Shown in pieces: positions 12,119-27,742 of a stretch of 64,000 nucleotides of DNA. The DNA comes from Octopus vulgaris (lineage: Eukaryota). Below the pieces are notes generated by a model, which saw only the letters and a list, made by a program, of their open reading frames with translations, made no database searches and was not told where the DNA came from. The first letter of the stretch is position 1, and every line of letters begins with the position of its first letter. The stretch is from assembly GCA_951406725.2 (NCBI GenBank), contig OX597816.1, positions 142,352,001-142,416,000 of the forward strand, read 5' to 3'. The position numbers were made by a program, and so were the translations under genes.

Positions 12119-14036
12119 GAAAAACATCATTGGATAAATCATAATAAATATTTGTACATTTTTCTTTTCAAGATAAAGTTGTATGTTGTACAAATTATTG
12201 AATCAACTGTTATAATGATATAATGAAACTGTTGTGTGTGAAACTGTTGTGTAGATATGTAAGTTGAAGCAAATAGGAGAATATGCAACACAAAATAATT
12301 CCAATATCAATGGTTTGTGTTACCTAAGTAGATTTATGCATTAACCAAATGGTTCTTTTCATGCTTTAACACTTTAATTTAACATTTCTTCAAATATTTA
12401 TTATACAATCATTATTTTATTATCTCTGTCCATAACAAGTTCATTATTACAGTTTTCATAAAAAAAATTTTTAGTGCATTTATATTTTTTCTTTCAATTT
12501 TGCTTTCAAACATAATCAAATTGGTGCTTATGTTAATATAAGTAAGAATGTTCTGTAATTCTTTGTAGATCACTTTAATTTTATTAGTGATTCTCTTATG
12601 TTTGCTATGTTCCATAAATAATGAACTTTATCACTTCTTCAACCATTTAACCATATTGTTTGTGAAGTGTTATGAAGCTATGTTTGACAGCAAACTTGAT
12701 GCTTTCCATTGCAAATTATCATTCCATTATTATTCTCACATTTCTCACACACAAATATCTTTAATATGAGCCAAACAGTATTTTAACACTTCAATCTTCA
12801 GGTGCAAGCACAACCATGTTTGAGAAATTTGCTTTGTAAACATAGGGTGGTGAGTTCATTCCCACTGCATGGCATCATATACAAGTGTCTTCTACCATAA
12901 CCTTAGTCTGACTGATACCTTATGCGTGAATTTTAGTTGTTGGAAACTGTATGGAAGCCCATGTTATATATTAATGTGGAAGAAGTGTTTGTTTCTATTT
13001 TTCATTTGCACTGACACTACTTCAGTAGTAAGTTCAATGTGTAAACACTGTACAGTAGTAAAAGTATCATATTGGAAAAACATCATTGGATAAATCATAA
13101 TAAATATTTGTAAGCATTTTTCTTTTCAAGATAAAGTTGTATGTTGTACAAATTATTGAATCAACTGTTATAATGATATAATGAAACTGTTGTGTGTGAA
13201 ACTGTTGTGTAGATATGTAAGTTGAAGCAAATAGGAGAATATGCAACACAAAATAATTCCAATATCAATGGTTTGTGTTACCTAAGTAGATTTATGCATT
13301 AACCAAATGGTTCTTTTCATGCTTTAACACTTTAATTTAACATTTCTTCAAATATTTATTATACAATCATTATTTTATTATCTCTGTCCATAACAAGTTC
13401 ATTATTACAGTTTTCATAAAAAAAATTTTAGTGCATTTATATTTTTTTCTTTCAATTTTGCTTTCAAACATAATCAAATTGGTGCTTATGTTAATATAAG
13501 TAAGAATGTTCTGTAATTCTTTGTAGATCACTTTAATTTTATTAGTGATTCTCTTATGTTTGCTATGTTCCATAAATAATGAACTTTATCACTTCTTCAA
13601 CCATTTAACCATATTGTTTGTGAAGTGTTATGAAGCTATGTTTGACAGCAAACTTGATGCTTTCCATTGCAAATTATCATTGCATTATTATTCTCACATT
13701 TCTCACACACAAATATCTTTAATATGAGCCAAACAGTATTTTAACACTTCAATCTTCAGGTGCAAGCACAACCATGTTTGAGAAATTTGCTTTGTAAGCA
13801 TAGGGTGGTGAGTTCATTCCCACTGCATGGCATCATATACAAGTGTCTTCTACCATAACCTTAGTCTGACTGATACCTTATGCGTGAATTTTAGTTGTTG
13901 GAAACTGTATGGAAGCCCATGTTATATATTAATGTGGAAGAAGTGTTTGTTTCTATTTTTCTTTGCACTGACACTACTTCAGTAGTAAGTTCAATGTGTA
14001 AACACCAGTAGTAAAAGTATCATATTGGAAAAACAT
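12119..14036 (+). repeat. Near-identical tandem duplication, units 12119-13074 and 13075-14027
   Basis: The two ~955 bp copies differ by a handful of substitutions and small indels; GAAAAACAT occurs at 12119, 13075 and 14028. Confidence 0.97.
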
Positions 14037-14644
14037 GTAAGAGTTGACGTCATGAAGTGCATCTGGTCAAAGAATACTACCTCCAGAAGTCTAATCCAAT
14101 CCATTACAGGAAGGAAAGATGTCACTGTAAAAGCAAAATGAATCTTTTACAAGTTGTACAGCTTATGGTTGCTACAAAAGTCCAATCTTGCCTTTCATTC
14201 TATTTTGTATATACCACATGACAATATGGTTCGGTGGCCCTTTTGTTGATGTTTCTTTTGCAAATGTGTAGTGGGGAGATGCATCCTCTCTTAGTAGCTA
14301 AACTGTCACTCATTAGTAGTTGTAAGTCGAAGAATGATGTTAATTATTCTTTACAGTCTGAATTGTGTTGCTCTCTTTTATTAGTTGAGGGCTGGTTGTC
14401 AGTGCAGTTATAAGAAGAAAATATTATTTAAATCTCTCAAAACAAAAATAAAAGCAGAAAGAACTCAGTCACATCAATCATATTGTAAAACATTTCTCAT
14501 ACATCTATCAATATATTATGTCAGTCAGACATCATTGCATTTCTTATCTATTAATATTCTATGATTTGAGTTTTACAGAACATTAATCTGTAAGCATCAA
14601 TACTATACCATTTAACTTTTAAAATTCCACTGATTTCTTTACAG

Positions 14645-14767
14645 AAACAATGCCACTTGGAAAAGGTTTTGAAGGATGTATTTTCCGAATGCAAGTTCAA
14701 AATATTTTTCCATTAAAACGTGCTTTTCAAGATCCTCGTCCATCTTACATAAGTGTAGAACCTGAAG
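14645..14767 (+). CDS. Nrx-IV: Internal exon of a neurexin IV / contactin-associated protein (Caspr/CNTNAP)-like gene, end of the last laminin-G domain
   Basis: Acceptor TTTCTTTACAG, donor G|GTAAGT, 123 nt, phase 1-1. Translates (x)TMPLGKGFEGCIFRMQVQNIFPLKRAFQDPRPSYISVEPE, matching the recalled pattern GF.GC..R.Q...I.PLK..FQ (fly Nrx-IV GFVGCVSRVQFDDIYPLKLMFQ; CNTNAP2 GFTGCLSRVQFNQIAPLK). Confidence 0.85.
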
Positions 14768-15004
14768 GTAAGTCAATTGCTTTGAAAATACTCTCTCAGA
14801 CCTGAATATATTTTAGTATGTTAATATTTTTCCTATATTCAGTTTACAGGTTCACTCAGACACGCAAAGTTTATTGCCAACTTATTCTATTGATTTATCA
14901 CTTCATATCAAAAGAAATCATAGCTATACCCACAACTCTTATCATACTGTACTTATTTATTATCTGATTGCTATATTACCTTTGGAATGAAACACATTTA
15001 ACAC

Positions 15005-16263
<1,259 letters not shown>

Positions 16264-16390
16264 GGGTTGTGTTGACTGCACGTATAGAAATGATAAGTAT
16301 AGGAAAAATTTTTTTAAATAAATGCAGAATGCTCAAATGAAAGAAAATTTTAATAAAATGAGAAAATGATAAAATATATAAATGTATATT

Positions 16391-16431
16391 TATTCAACCG
16401 GTTTTCGTCATTGTATGACTTGTCAAGAATA
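16391..16431 (-). ncRNA. Minimal hammerhead ribozyme (Penelope-type) with U3-A8 core variant
   Basis: Minus strand reads TATTC-TTGACAA-GTCAT(ACA)ATGAC-GAAA(A)-CCGG-TT-GAATA: stem I, core, stem II, GAAA and palindromic stem III. Confidence 0.6.
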
Positions 16432-16451
16432 TTTATGTTTTAAGAAGTTTT

Positions 16452-19411
<2,960 letters not shown>

Positions 19412-21306
19412 ACTTTGATAGGTTTCGGCCATTATTGGCCCAGGCCATGTCTAACTTAATAGCACCACCTGGTGAAGTCTTTCAAGTCAGAATTTGGGCA
19501 CTATGGCCCACTCAAGTAGAGAGTTATTTGTTTACAGAGACATATCCGGGTGTAGGGGGTTTATCCGGGATTTCTTGAAGGAATCTGTCCAAAGACTTCT
19601 TGAACCCTATAGGGTTAGTTTCTGTTTTAATGTGTTTTGGTGTAATGTTAAAGAGAGCGGGGCCAATTGAGGTGAAATAATTGTGCCGTATTGTTTTTTG
19701 AGATGAGAGTGCGATTTTTGTTTTGGGCGGATGGCACGGGGCCCAAGCCTTGGATGTACCTTAAAGGTGATGCCAACATCATTTGGGCAATGCTGATGGA
19801 ATATTTTCCACATCATGCAGATGATGTAGCGCTCACGACGACGTTGGAGAGAATAAAGTTTTAACTTTTCTAGTCGACCCCAATAGTCGAGGCCTGTCAT
19901 GCCATCTATCTTTTTTGTGATTGCCCTTTGAGGTGCTTCAACTTTTATGATACTTTGTTTTGTGTGGAGAGACCACAGTGGACAACAGTATTCAAGGTGG
20001 GGTCGGGCAAAAGTGGAGAAGAGAAGGATAATGGTGTGGATATCTCTCGACTGGAAAGTTCTGAGAATCCAGGAACACATTCTGCGGGCCATGTCAACTT
20101 TGGTGTTTATATGAGTGGCCCAGCTTATGTTGTTGTCCACAATTACTCCCAAGTCTCTGATGTTGTTGGATGCCACGAGAGTTTCACCTGAAGGAAGGGT
20201 GTATGGGAGTTTCAGGGCATCCTCTTTTCCAAAGTGGATTAACTCAAATTTATCCTCGTTCAGCAGCATATTGTTTTTTTCTGCCCATTGGATAACAGCC
20301 AGTAGATCTGACTGAAGGCATGTCCGGTCACTCGCCTCATTTATGACCTTCTGTAGCTTGGAATCATCTGCAAAGATTTTTATGTTGCTGTGCTTGATGA
20401 TGTCATTAATGTCATTAATGTAGATGATGAAAAGAAGTGGGCCCAGCACAGTGCCTTGCGGAACGCCACTACTGACTTTGGCTGGGCTTGATTTTACCCC
20501 TTCAACTACATGTTGAGATCTGTCTGTCAGGAAACACTTGATCCATTTCAGTAACTTTCCAGAGACACCAATGTTGGATAGTTTTTTCAATAGGATCTTG
20601 TGATCAACCCTGTCGAATGCCTTACTGAAATCAAGGTAGATGACATCGGTGTTGGAGCCCTCTCCCAAAGCTCTCAAAATGTCATCAAAGTGATGCAGGA
20701 GCTGCGTTAGGCAGTCCCTTCCATTACGGAACCCATGTTGGTTAGAGATCAGCCGCCTGTTGCTTTCCAGAAATTGGGTTATTCGAGATCTCACCACCCT
20801 CTCAAATACCTTGATGATATGAGAGGTGAGTGAGATCGGACGGTAGTTCACTGCAAGGGACTTGTTTCCCTTTTTGAAAACTGGGACAACAGACTGGGAC
20901 AGAAGGTTTTTGGAATATAGCCAGCATCCAGTGAGTTTCTCCACAGATTAGCAAGGGGAGATGCAAGTTGGTGTCGACACACCTTCAGGACACAAGCAGG
21001 GAACCTATCGGGGCCTACTGCTGAATTGTGTTTTATTTCGTTTATCGCCGCTAAGACATCAGGGGCACTAAACGTTATGTCCGATATAGTGTGTTGGGGG
21101 TTGACATCACTGATACAGCCCAGATCGGCCATATCAGGATTGCTGAAAACAGAGTAGTATTGTTTCTGCAGTATCTCGGCCATGGATTTGGCATTATCTT
21201 GGAGAGTGCCAGTTTCATCAATTAGAGGGCCAACAATGGAGACAGTGACCCTGCGTTTCCTCGCAAATGAAAAGAACACTTTGGGGTTGAGTTTGATTTT
21301 TTCAAT
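19412..21306 (-). mobile_element. Young 5'-truncated non-LTR retrotransposon (CR1 group), reverse transcriptase region plus 3' UTR
   Basis: RT motifs YRPISLTS, QHGFR, YLDFSKAFDRVDH, GVPQGTVLGPLLF, FADD, RPHLEYC and LYSLQRRRERY; upstream frame has GPDRFPA. Frameshifts near 20910, 19695 and 19528; inferred stop at 19487-19489. Confidence 0.95.
19607..20944 (-). pseudogene. Reverse transcriptase ORF fragment of the LINE
   Basis: 445-aa open frame with complete RT motifs; no endonuclease domain, and frameshifted at both ends. Confidence 0.92.
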
Positions 21307-21446
21307 ATATATGTATATATTTATTTATATATGTATATATATGTATATATTTATTTATATATATATTTATGTATATATATATTTATGTATTTATGTATAT
21401 ATATATTTATGTATATATATATTTATGTATATATATATTTATGTAT
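21307..21446. repeat. TA/TTTA/TATG microsatellite at the LINE 5' junction
   Basis: Directly visible. Confidence 0.9.
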
Positions 21447-22057
21447 AAAGACCTGGCAGTACAAGTGAGTCCAGCCCACTTATGCATGCCTTTCCTCCCT
21501 TGGACACACAAAGACCTGTTGAGGCAAGCGAAGTCGATATCGAACCTCATCCGACGACAGGTACCTATGCCAACCCCCCTTTGCTTGCGAAGACCTGTTG
21601 GGGCAAGTGAAATCGGAATCGAAATTGAACCAATCCTATGACTGGCACCTGGCAGATGCCAGGACCCCTGAACTGGAGATACGTAAAAAGCACTATCCAA
21701 ATCGTGGCCGATGCCAGTGCCGCCTCGACTGGCTTCCGTGTCGGTGGCACGTAAAAAGCACCATCCGAATCGTGGCCGAAGCCAGTGCCGCCTCGACTGG
21801 CTTCTGTGCAGGTGGCACGTAAAATGCACCAATCCGACCGTGGCCGATGCCAGCCTCGCCTGGCACCAGTGCAGGTGGCACGTAAAAAGCACCCACTACA
21901 CTCACAGAGTGGTTGGCATTAGGAAGGGCATCCAGCTGTAGAAACATTGCCAGATAAGACCGGAGCCTGGTGCAGCCTTCTGGCTTTCCAAATCCCAGGT
22001 CGAACTGTCCAACCCATGCTAGCATGGAGAACGGACGTTAAACGATGATGATGATGA

Positions 22058-22060
<3 letters not shown>
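21447..22060 (+). mobile_element. Young CpG-rich SINE-like element (family B) with internal tandem modules and (GAT)n tail
   Basis: GGCACGTAAAAAGCACCCACTACACTC, AGGAAGGGCATCCAGCTGTAGAAAC and CCAACCCATGCTAGCATGG...GGACGTTAAACGATGATG are shared with 24612-24832 and other copies. Confidence 0.88.
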
Positions 22061-22102
<42 letters not shown>

Positions 22103-22187
22103 TTGAAAGACTTCGCCAGGTGGTGCTGTTAAGTCAGACATGGCCTGGGCCAATACTGGCCAAAACCTTTCTGAGTTATTCTAAGTT
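22103..22187 (+). mobile_element. 3'-UTR-only copy of the CR1-group LINE
   Basis: 61/66 identity to the reverse complement of ~19420-19485; followed by TTCTGAGTTA TTCTAAGTTA. Confidence 0.9.
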
Positions 22188-22402
22188 ATATATGTATATA
22201 TATATATGTATATATGTGTATATCTATATATGTATATATATATATATGTATGTATATATGTATATGTTTATATATATGTATTTATATATATATATATATG
22301 TATATGTGTATATATATATATATATGTATATATATGTATATGTGTATATATATATATGTATATATATGTATATGTGTATATATATATATATATGTATATA
22401 TA

Positions 22403-22443
<41 letters not shown>

Positions 22444-22635
22444 GTATATATATATATGTATATGTATATATATGTATATGTGTATATATATATATATATG
22501 TATATGTGTATATATATATATGTATATGTATATATATGTATATGTGTATATATATATATGTATATGTGTATATATATATATATATGTATATGTGTATATA
22601 TATATATATGTATATGTGTATATATATATATATGT

Positions 22636-22727
<92 letters not shown>

Positions 22728-22932
22728 GTGTATATATATATATATATGTATATGTGTATATATATATATATATGTATATGTGTATATATATATATGTATA
22801 TATATGTATATGTGCATATATATGTATATGTGTATATATATATGTGTGTATATATATATATATGTGTGTATATATATATATATGTATGTATGTGTGTATG
22901 TATGTGTGTGTGTGTGTGTGTGTACACATACA
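22188..22932. repeat. TA/TATG/TG satellite
   Basis: Directly visible. Confidence 0.97.
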
Positions 22933-24611
22933 CTTAAGACAGGTGTTGTCAGAAGAAAATTTGGCTATCTGTTGGTAAGCTTACTAAACACAGCTCGCAG
23001 TTACAATATTGAAGCAGGACTTCTATTAATGCCACCATCTGTCATGCCTTCAGAATGTAAACACAGGCATCAGTTACTGTTGTTGTTTTTTTTTACATAG
23101 TTTCATTTTTAAAGGGTTTGATATTTGAAAGCAATTTCCTATTCAATTTTTATTTTATTTTTCATTTTGATAATTTTCCAGATACATTCTATTGACTTTA
23201 TCCTCTTTTACTGTTTCATTTCTGCTGTTGTTATTTAGCACCCAAGTCAGTCAGAAAATGTGATAGTTTTTAGTAAACAATATTAAATACATATATAAAT
23301 GATGACTGTGTTGATTTCACACAAGGTGATCACTTATGGCCTACACTAGTAAAATTTAGAGGTTATTTCCAAATTTATTATTTTCTTCCATGAACTCCAA
23401 TCTAGTTTATGCAGCAATTATAATAAATCTGACCAAACTTCCTTGTCTCCCCACATTGTAATACTTGAGAAAAGTCAATGAATATTATGTACAAGATATA
23501 ACTTTTCTGGGACTTCAGTGCCCTTATACACAAATGCATTTTGTACATGAATATAAATAGTTTTCATATATTTTAAAAATTATGTACTAAATTTAGTAAT
23601 ATGTTTCTCAGAAGAAAGTTAAATTAATTGAATAATTAAGTATTTTGATTTTTGGTGCTTTGACATAGTAGGGAAGTTTAAAGAGATAAAAGCCAAGAAG
23701 TTACTTGGTAGTAAGGAAGGATATTACATGTCATTAAAGGGTCACTGGAAATCTTGTAAAATAGTTTTATAAATCTCTGGCTATTCTTGAAGTCATTCAT
23801 AGGCAGACATAATATTTTTTTAGTCTACTGATTATAACAATTTTTGTATTCACATCATATAGACTATTATCTATGTTTATGTTTTTCATCTATGGTCTGT
23901 CAATTAATTTCTTTGTAATAGAAAGCAGATGCCAATTATTTTCTTTGTAAGGAGGATTTTAATGGAGAGATACCCCATATATATTGGTCTCTTTCTCTCT
24001 CTTGTACCACTGTACATTGTCAATAGAGTAGGTTATTACTATCAAGATACAGATACTTTTTTCCTGCTGTATATAGATGATATTTTCTTGTTTTTAATTT
24101 ATTCCTCACCAATAAATTTTTGAAGATTGTGAGTTTTTAAATATTTAATATTTTTGAGTAAATAAAGTTAGGAGTTACTGGAAAAGAAGAAAAAGTGTAA
24201 TCTGTAGAGTTTTCAGATGTAACTTTCTTTTCTTTCATGAGAGAGTTTATAGTTGAACTTTGTTTCAGGAAAATGAATTACTGAATAGCATAAAACTAGT
24301 CAAATTATTGTTAATCAACATGTGTATTTTCACCAGTGAAAAAGAAATTTTTTCTGAAAAATTCAGCTTTGTATAATTTTATGATATTATCATACTCAAA
24401 TAGCTATAACTATCTTAATACATGTATTAAGATAATCATAGCAATCTTTTAGGTGCTGTTTCAGATATACATATCCAAATTTGTATATAAAAAACATTAT
24501 TGTAATTTGTTATGTGCTGTCTGATACATACAGTCAAAGTAACTGTATAGCTTAGAATTCATAGCTTACAAAGCAGAAATGTATACAACAGATAACATTT
24601 CCATGAAATAC

Positions 24612-24832
24612 CGTTGCCAGTACCGCCTGACTGGCCCTCATGCCAGTGGCACATAAAAGCACCCACTACACTCTCGAAGTGGTTGGCGTTAGGAAGGGCA
24701 TCCAGCTGTAGAAACTCTGCCAGGTCAGATTGGAACCTGGTGCAGCCATCTGGTTTGACAGTCCTCAGTCAAATCATTCAACCCATGCTAGCATGGAAAG
24801 CGGATGTTAAAGGATGATGATGATGATGATGA
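24612..24832 (+). mobile_element. Family B SINE 3' part (single module)
   Basis: GTGGCACATAAAAGCACCCACTACACTC...AGGAAGGGCATCCAGCTGTAG...(GAT)n tail. Confidence 0.88.
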
Positions 24833-26364
24833 CTGTTCTGAATATTCTCGTTTGAAGGAATTACATAGTCATATTTATCCCTCCTTAAAGTAAATTATTG
24901 TGGGATCAACTGTCTGAAATATCACCAGATCAGAACATTACCAAACAAATTTAATTTGTTTCTGCTTAAATTTTTAAATGAATACAATAATACTGATTTG
25001 TTTTGAGCATACTCAAAAATTATGTTCTACCTTAACATTTTTAAAAATAAAATTGATAATAGATTTTTGAAATATTCATTTAAAATAAATTAAAATAAAC
25101 CATTTCATAATTGGATCACACTTGATAAACATTTTAAATGTTTTAGAATTGAACAGTTTTATCATAAACTAAAAATTAATATTGCAAACAAATTGATAGG
25201 AAAAAAGAATGACCTAAATATAAAGTACTAGCTTTTGAAATTTTGACTCCCTCTCATTCTGTATCATCTTAAAGGAGTTTTCTACTTGAAATATTGAATT
25301 TACTTCATTATGTAAGCTTTACAATAATTTAATTTAAAGATCATACATAAAATTATATGACTTCAAATTATAAGTTCTTAAAATCAAATAAAAATATTTA
25401 AATAATCAAAATATATTCTTTCTTTAATACATATAAATATATAATTTTGTCTTAGAAAATGTAAGATTTTAGTTTATTGTCATTATTTCTGTGCAAGTAT
25501 GGCAAAATGAATGTTAAAATTGTGAATGGGATTGAAGGCTGGGATATATATTAAGTCTCCATTGACTGACCCTTTTACCTATTCTGTACCCTCTTATCTC
25601 TCTATTTCCTCCTCTTCTAAGTCATGCCATCCATCATATTCTCTAACCACTGAACATATCTATGAGTACCCATCACTAACCCTCTCTCTCTTTCTTACTG
25701 AGAAACTTAATTATCCCTAGTGTGTGTCTCCCATCATCATTGCCTGAGTAATGAGCAATTGCATCAGATCTACTCATATATGATGCACCTCACTATTTCT
25801 TTTTATGTTACATACCATCACTCTCTCTCTGATCACTCTTATATTGATATCCATCAGTCTCTTACAATCACCTTCTCACTTGTGTCACTTGTGCTTCTTT
25901 TTACAAGCTAATATTACCCACCCTACATGCATACACACACTTTTATACTGCTAGTCGTCACTCCCTCCTTCCTAGATCACTCATTACTGACATCCCTTGC
26001 ACTTTCTTAAAACTGACCATGTCTACAACCATCCATCATTCATGTTACTATTTGTGCCTCTCTCCCATTTACCTGTGCAATTTATTCCTCTAACATTCTC
26101 ATTTGTCCATCTTTTTCCATATCATTACTCCAATCTGGCATTTTTCCTTCCCCAATCATACTCTTTGTTGCTTCTTTCTCCCTCTCACTTAGTTCATCTT
26201 CTGCAATTGCCCTTTCTTCTACCCACTCTTTTGGTTTTAGTATATTTCACTACGGCTAGTGTCACAATGAAATGCATCCAGTACTTTTCATTAAGTGGTT
26301 AACAAACAAGTTACTCTTGTCTTGTTGAGGACATGACAACATATCAAGTGCTAATTTCATGTAA

Positions 26365-26552
26365 AATTGCACCTAGTACATTCTGTAAAATAGTTGGTAT
26401 TAAGAGGGGCATCCAGCCTTAGAAACCAAGCTAAAATACAATGTAACAATAAGACAATGCCCCTAACAATGCCAAGAAGAGCTGTCACTCTGAATAAGAA
26501 CTGACTTGGATCATAATGGTCTGTCCAACACTTGCCAGTATGGGAAGTACAC
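26365..26552 (+). mobile_element. Degraded family B SINE tail
   Basis: GGGGCATCCAGCC and CCAACACTTGCCAGTATGG motifs. Confidence 0.6.
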
Positions 26553-27682
26553 ATAATATAATATTTATATCAAGACCTCTATCAGAATTTATGATCACTT
26601 CATATTTTCAAACAAAACCATTGCTTGACTTGAAAAACGATATCACAAAAGAAAATGTTCAAACTCACTATTTCAGAATGTTATAAAATTGTTAATGTTA
26701 TTCAGCCTTAAGACAACTTTGATCTGCCAGACCTACAATCAAGGATATTTCGGTCTTTGCTTTAATGTCAGTCTTTGTCATCCAAATATTCCTCTTTTAA
26801 GATTGTAAGATTTCATTTGAGCATGATTTGGTTGCTATTTCTTGCTGATCATATGAAGGCATGGAAGTTCCTTCATTGGCTCATTACCAAATAGCTTCTT
26901 AGTGCCTATAGTAGCTGCATAGCAAACTTACAGAGCTATTGCTAGAAATTTTCAGATCATTTTATTAATGCCTACTTCTTCATAACAGTTTGGATTGGAT
27001 AGGTTTACCTTATAGTGGTTTCTTCAGGTATTTTGTGTCTTCTCTTCTACAAGGGCCAATATTTGCAAACCTGACTTTCTTACTATTCCAAGTCTGCCAA
27101 CAATTCATAATACTTTTAGAATCACCATATATTCATTCCAAATATTGTTGCCTTAAATAATATTTTAAACCTTAATTTCTATATACACTTTTCTCCTATT
27201 ATCACCAGTGTTAAAAATAAAATGTTAGCTAATTACATTTGCAATAGATTATCATCATATTATTTTGTTAAATATTAAATATATTACTTATAAATTTAAT
27301 GAAATATCTGTTAATAAATATGTTAACATCTTTCATAAAATTTATAATATTTATTCTTACTGTTTCTATAAATATCATTTTTTCTCTTTCTCTCCCATAC
27401 ACACAGGCATATATGTATACAAAGCTAATTAATTTGTTGTTAATCATATTGTTTTAAGATAAGGATTATCATAGTAAAAAGAAATTGTACATTTTCCCTT
27501 TGGAATAAAAATCATTAAATGCTATGGTATATTAAAAGTCTTAAAAATTGAACAATTTTGCCACTCAGAATATTTGGAAAGCAGACGTTAAACGACGATG
27601 ATGATGAACATCTATAATTAAAGAAAGTAGTGTTCTTTTTCAGCCTGTTGTATCTCATATTTGTGAAATCTTTGTTTTTTCT

Positions 27683-27742
<60 letters not shown>

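Noticed and set aside
12412-13727. Paired near-identical short ORFs suggesting duplicated genes or mutually exclusive exons
   Set aside because: By-product of the tandem duplication; AT-rich, no recognisable domain, and an indel pair alters the frame between copies.
21670-21895. CRISPR-like regularly spaced repeat
   Set aside because: The intervening sequences are homologous to each other, the array lies inside a SINE, and there are no cas genes in this animal DNA.
27028-27075. Possible exon reading GILCLLFYKGQY, like a juxtamembrane KG.Y motif
   Set aside because: In-frame stop four codons later and the hydrophobic stretch is too short.
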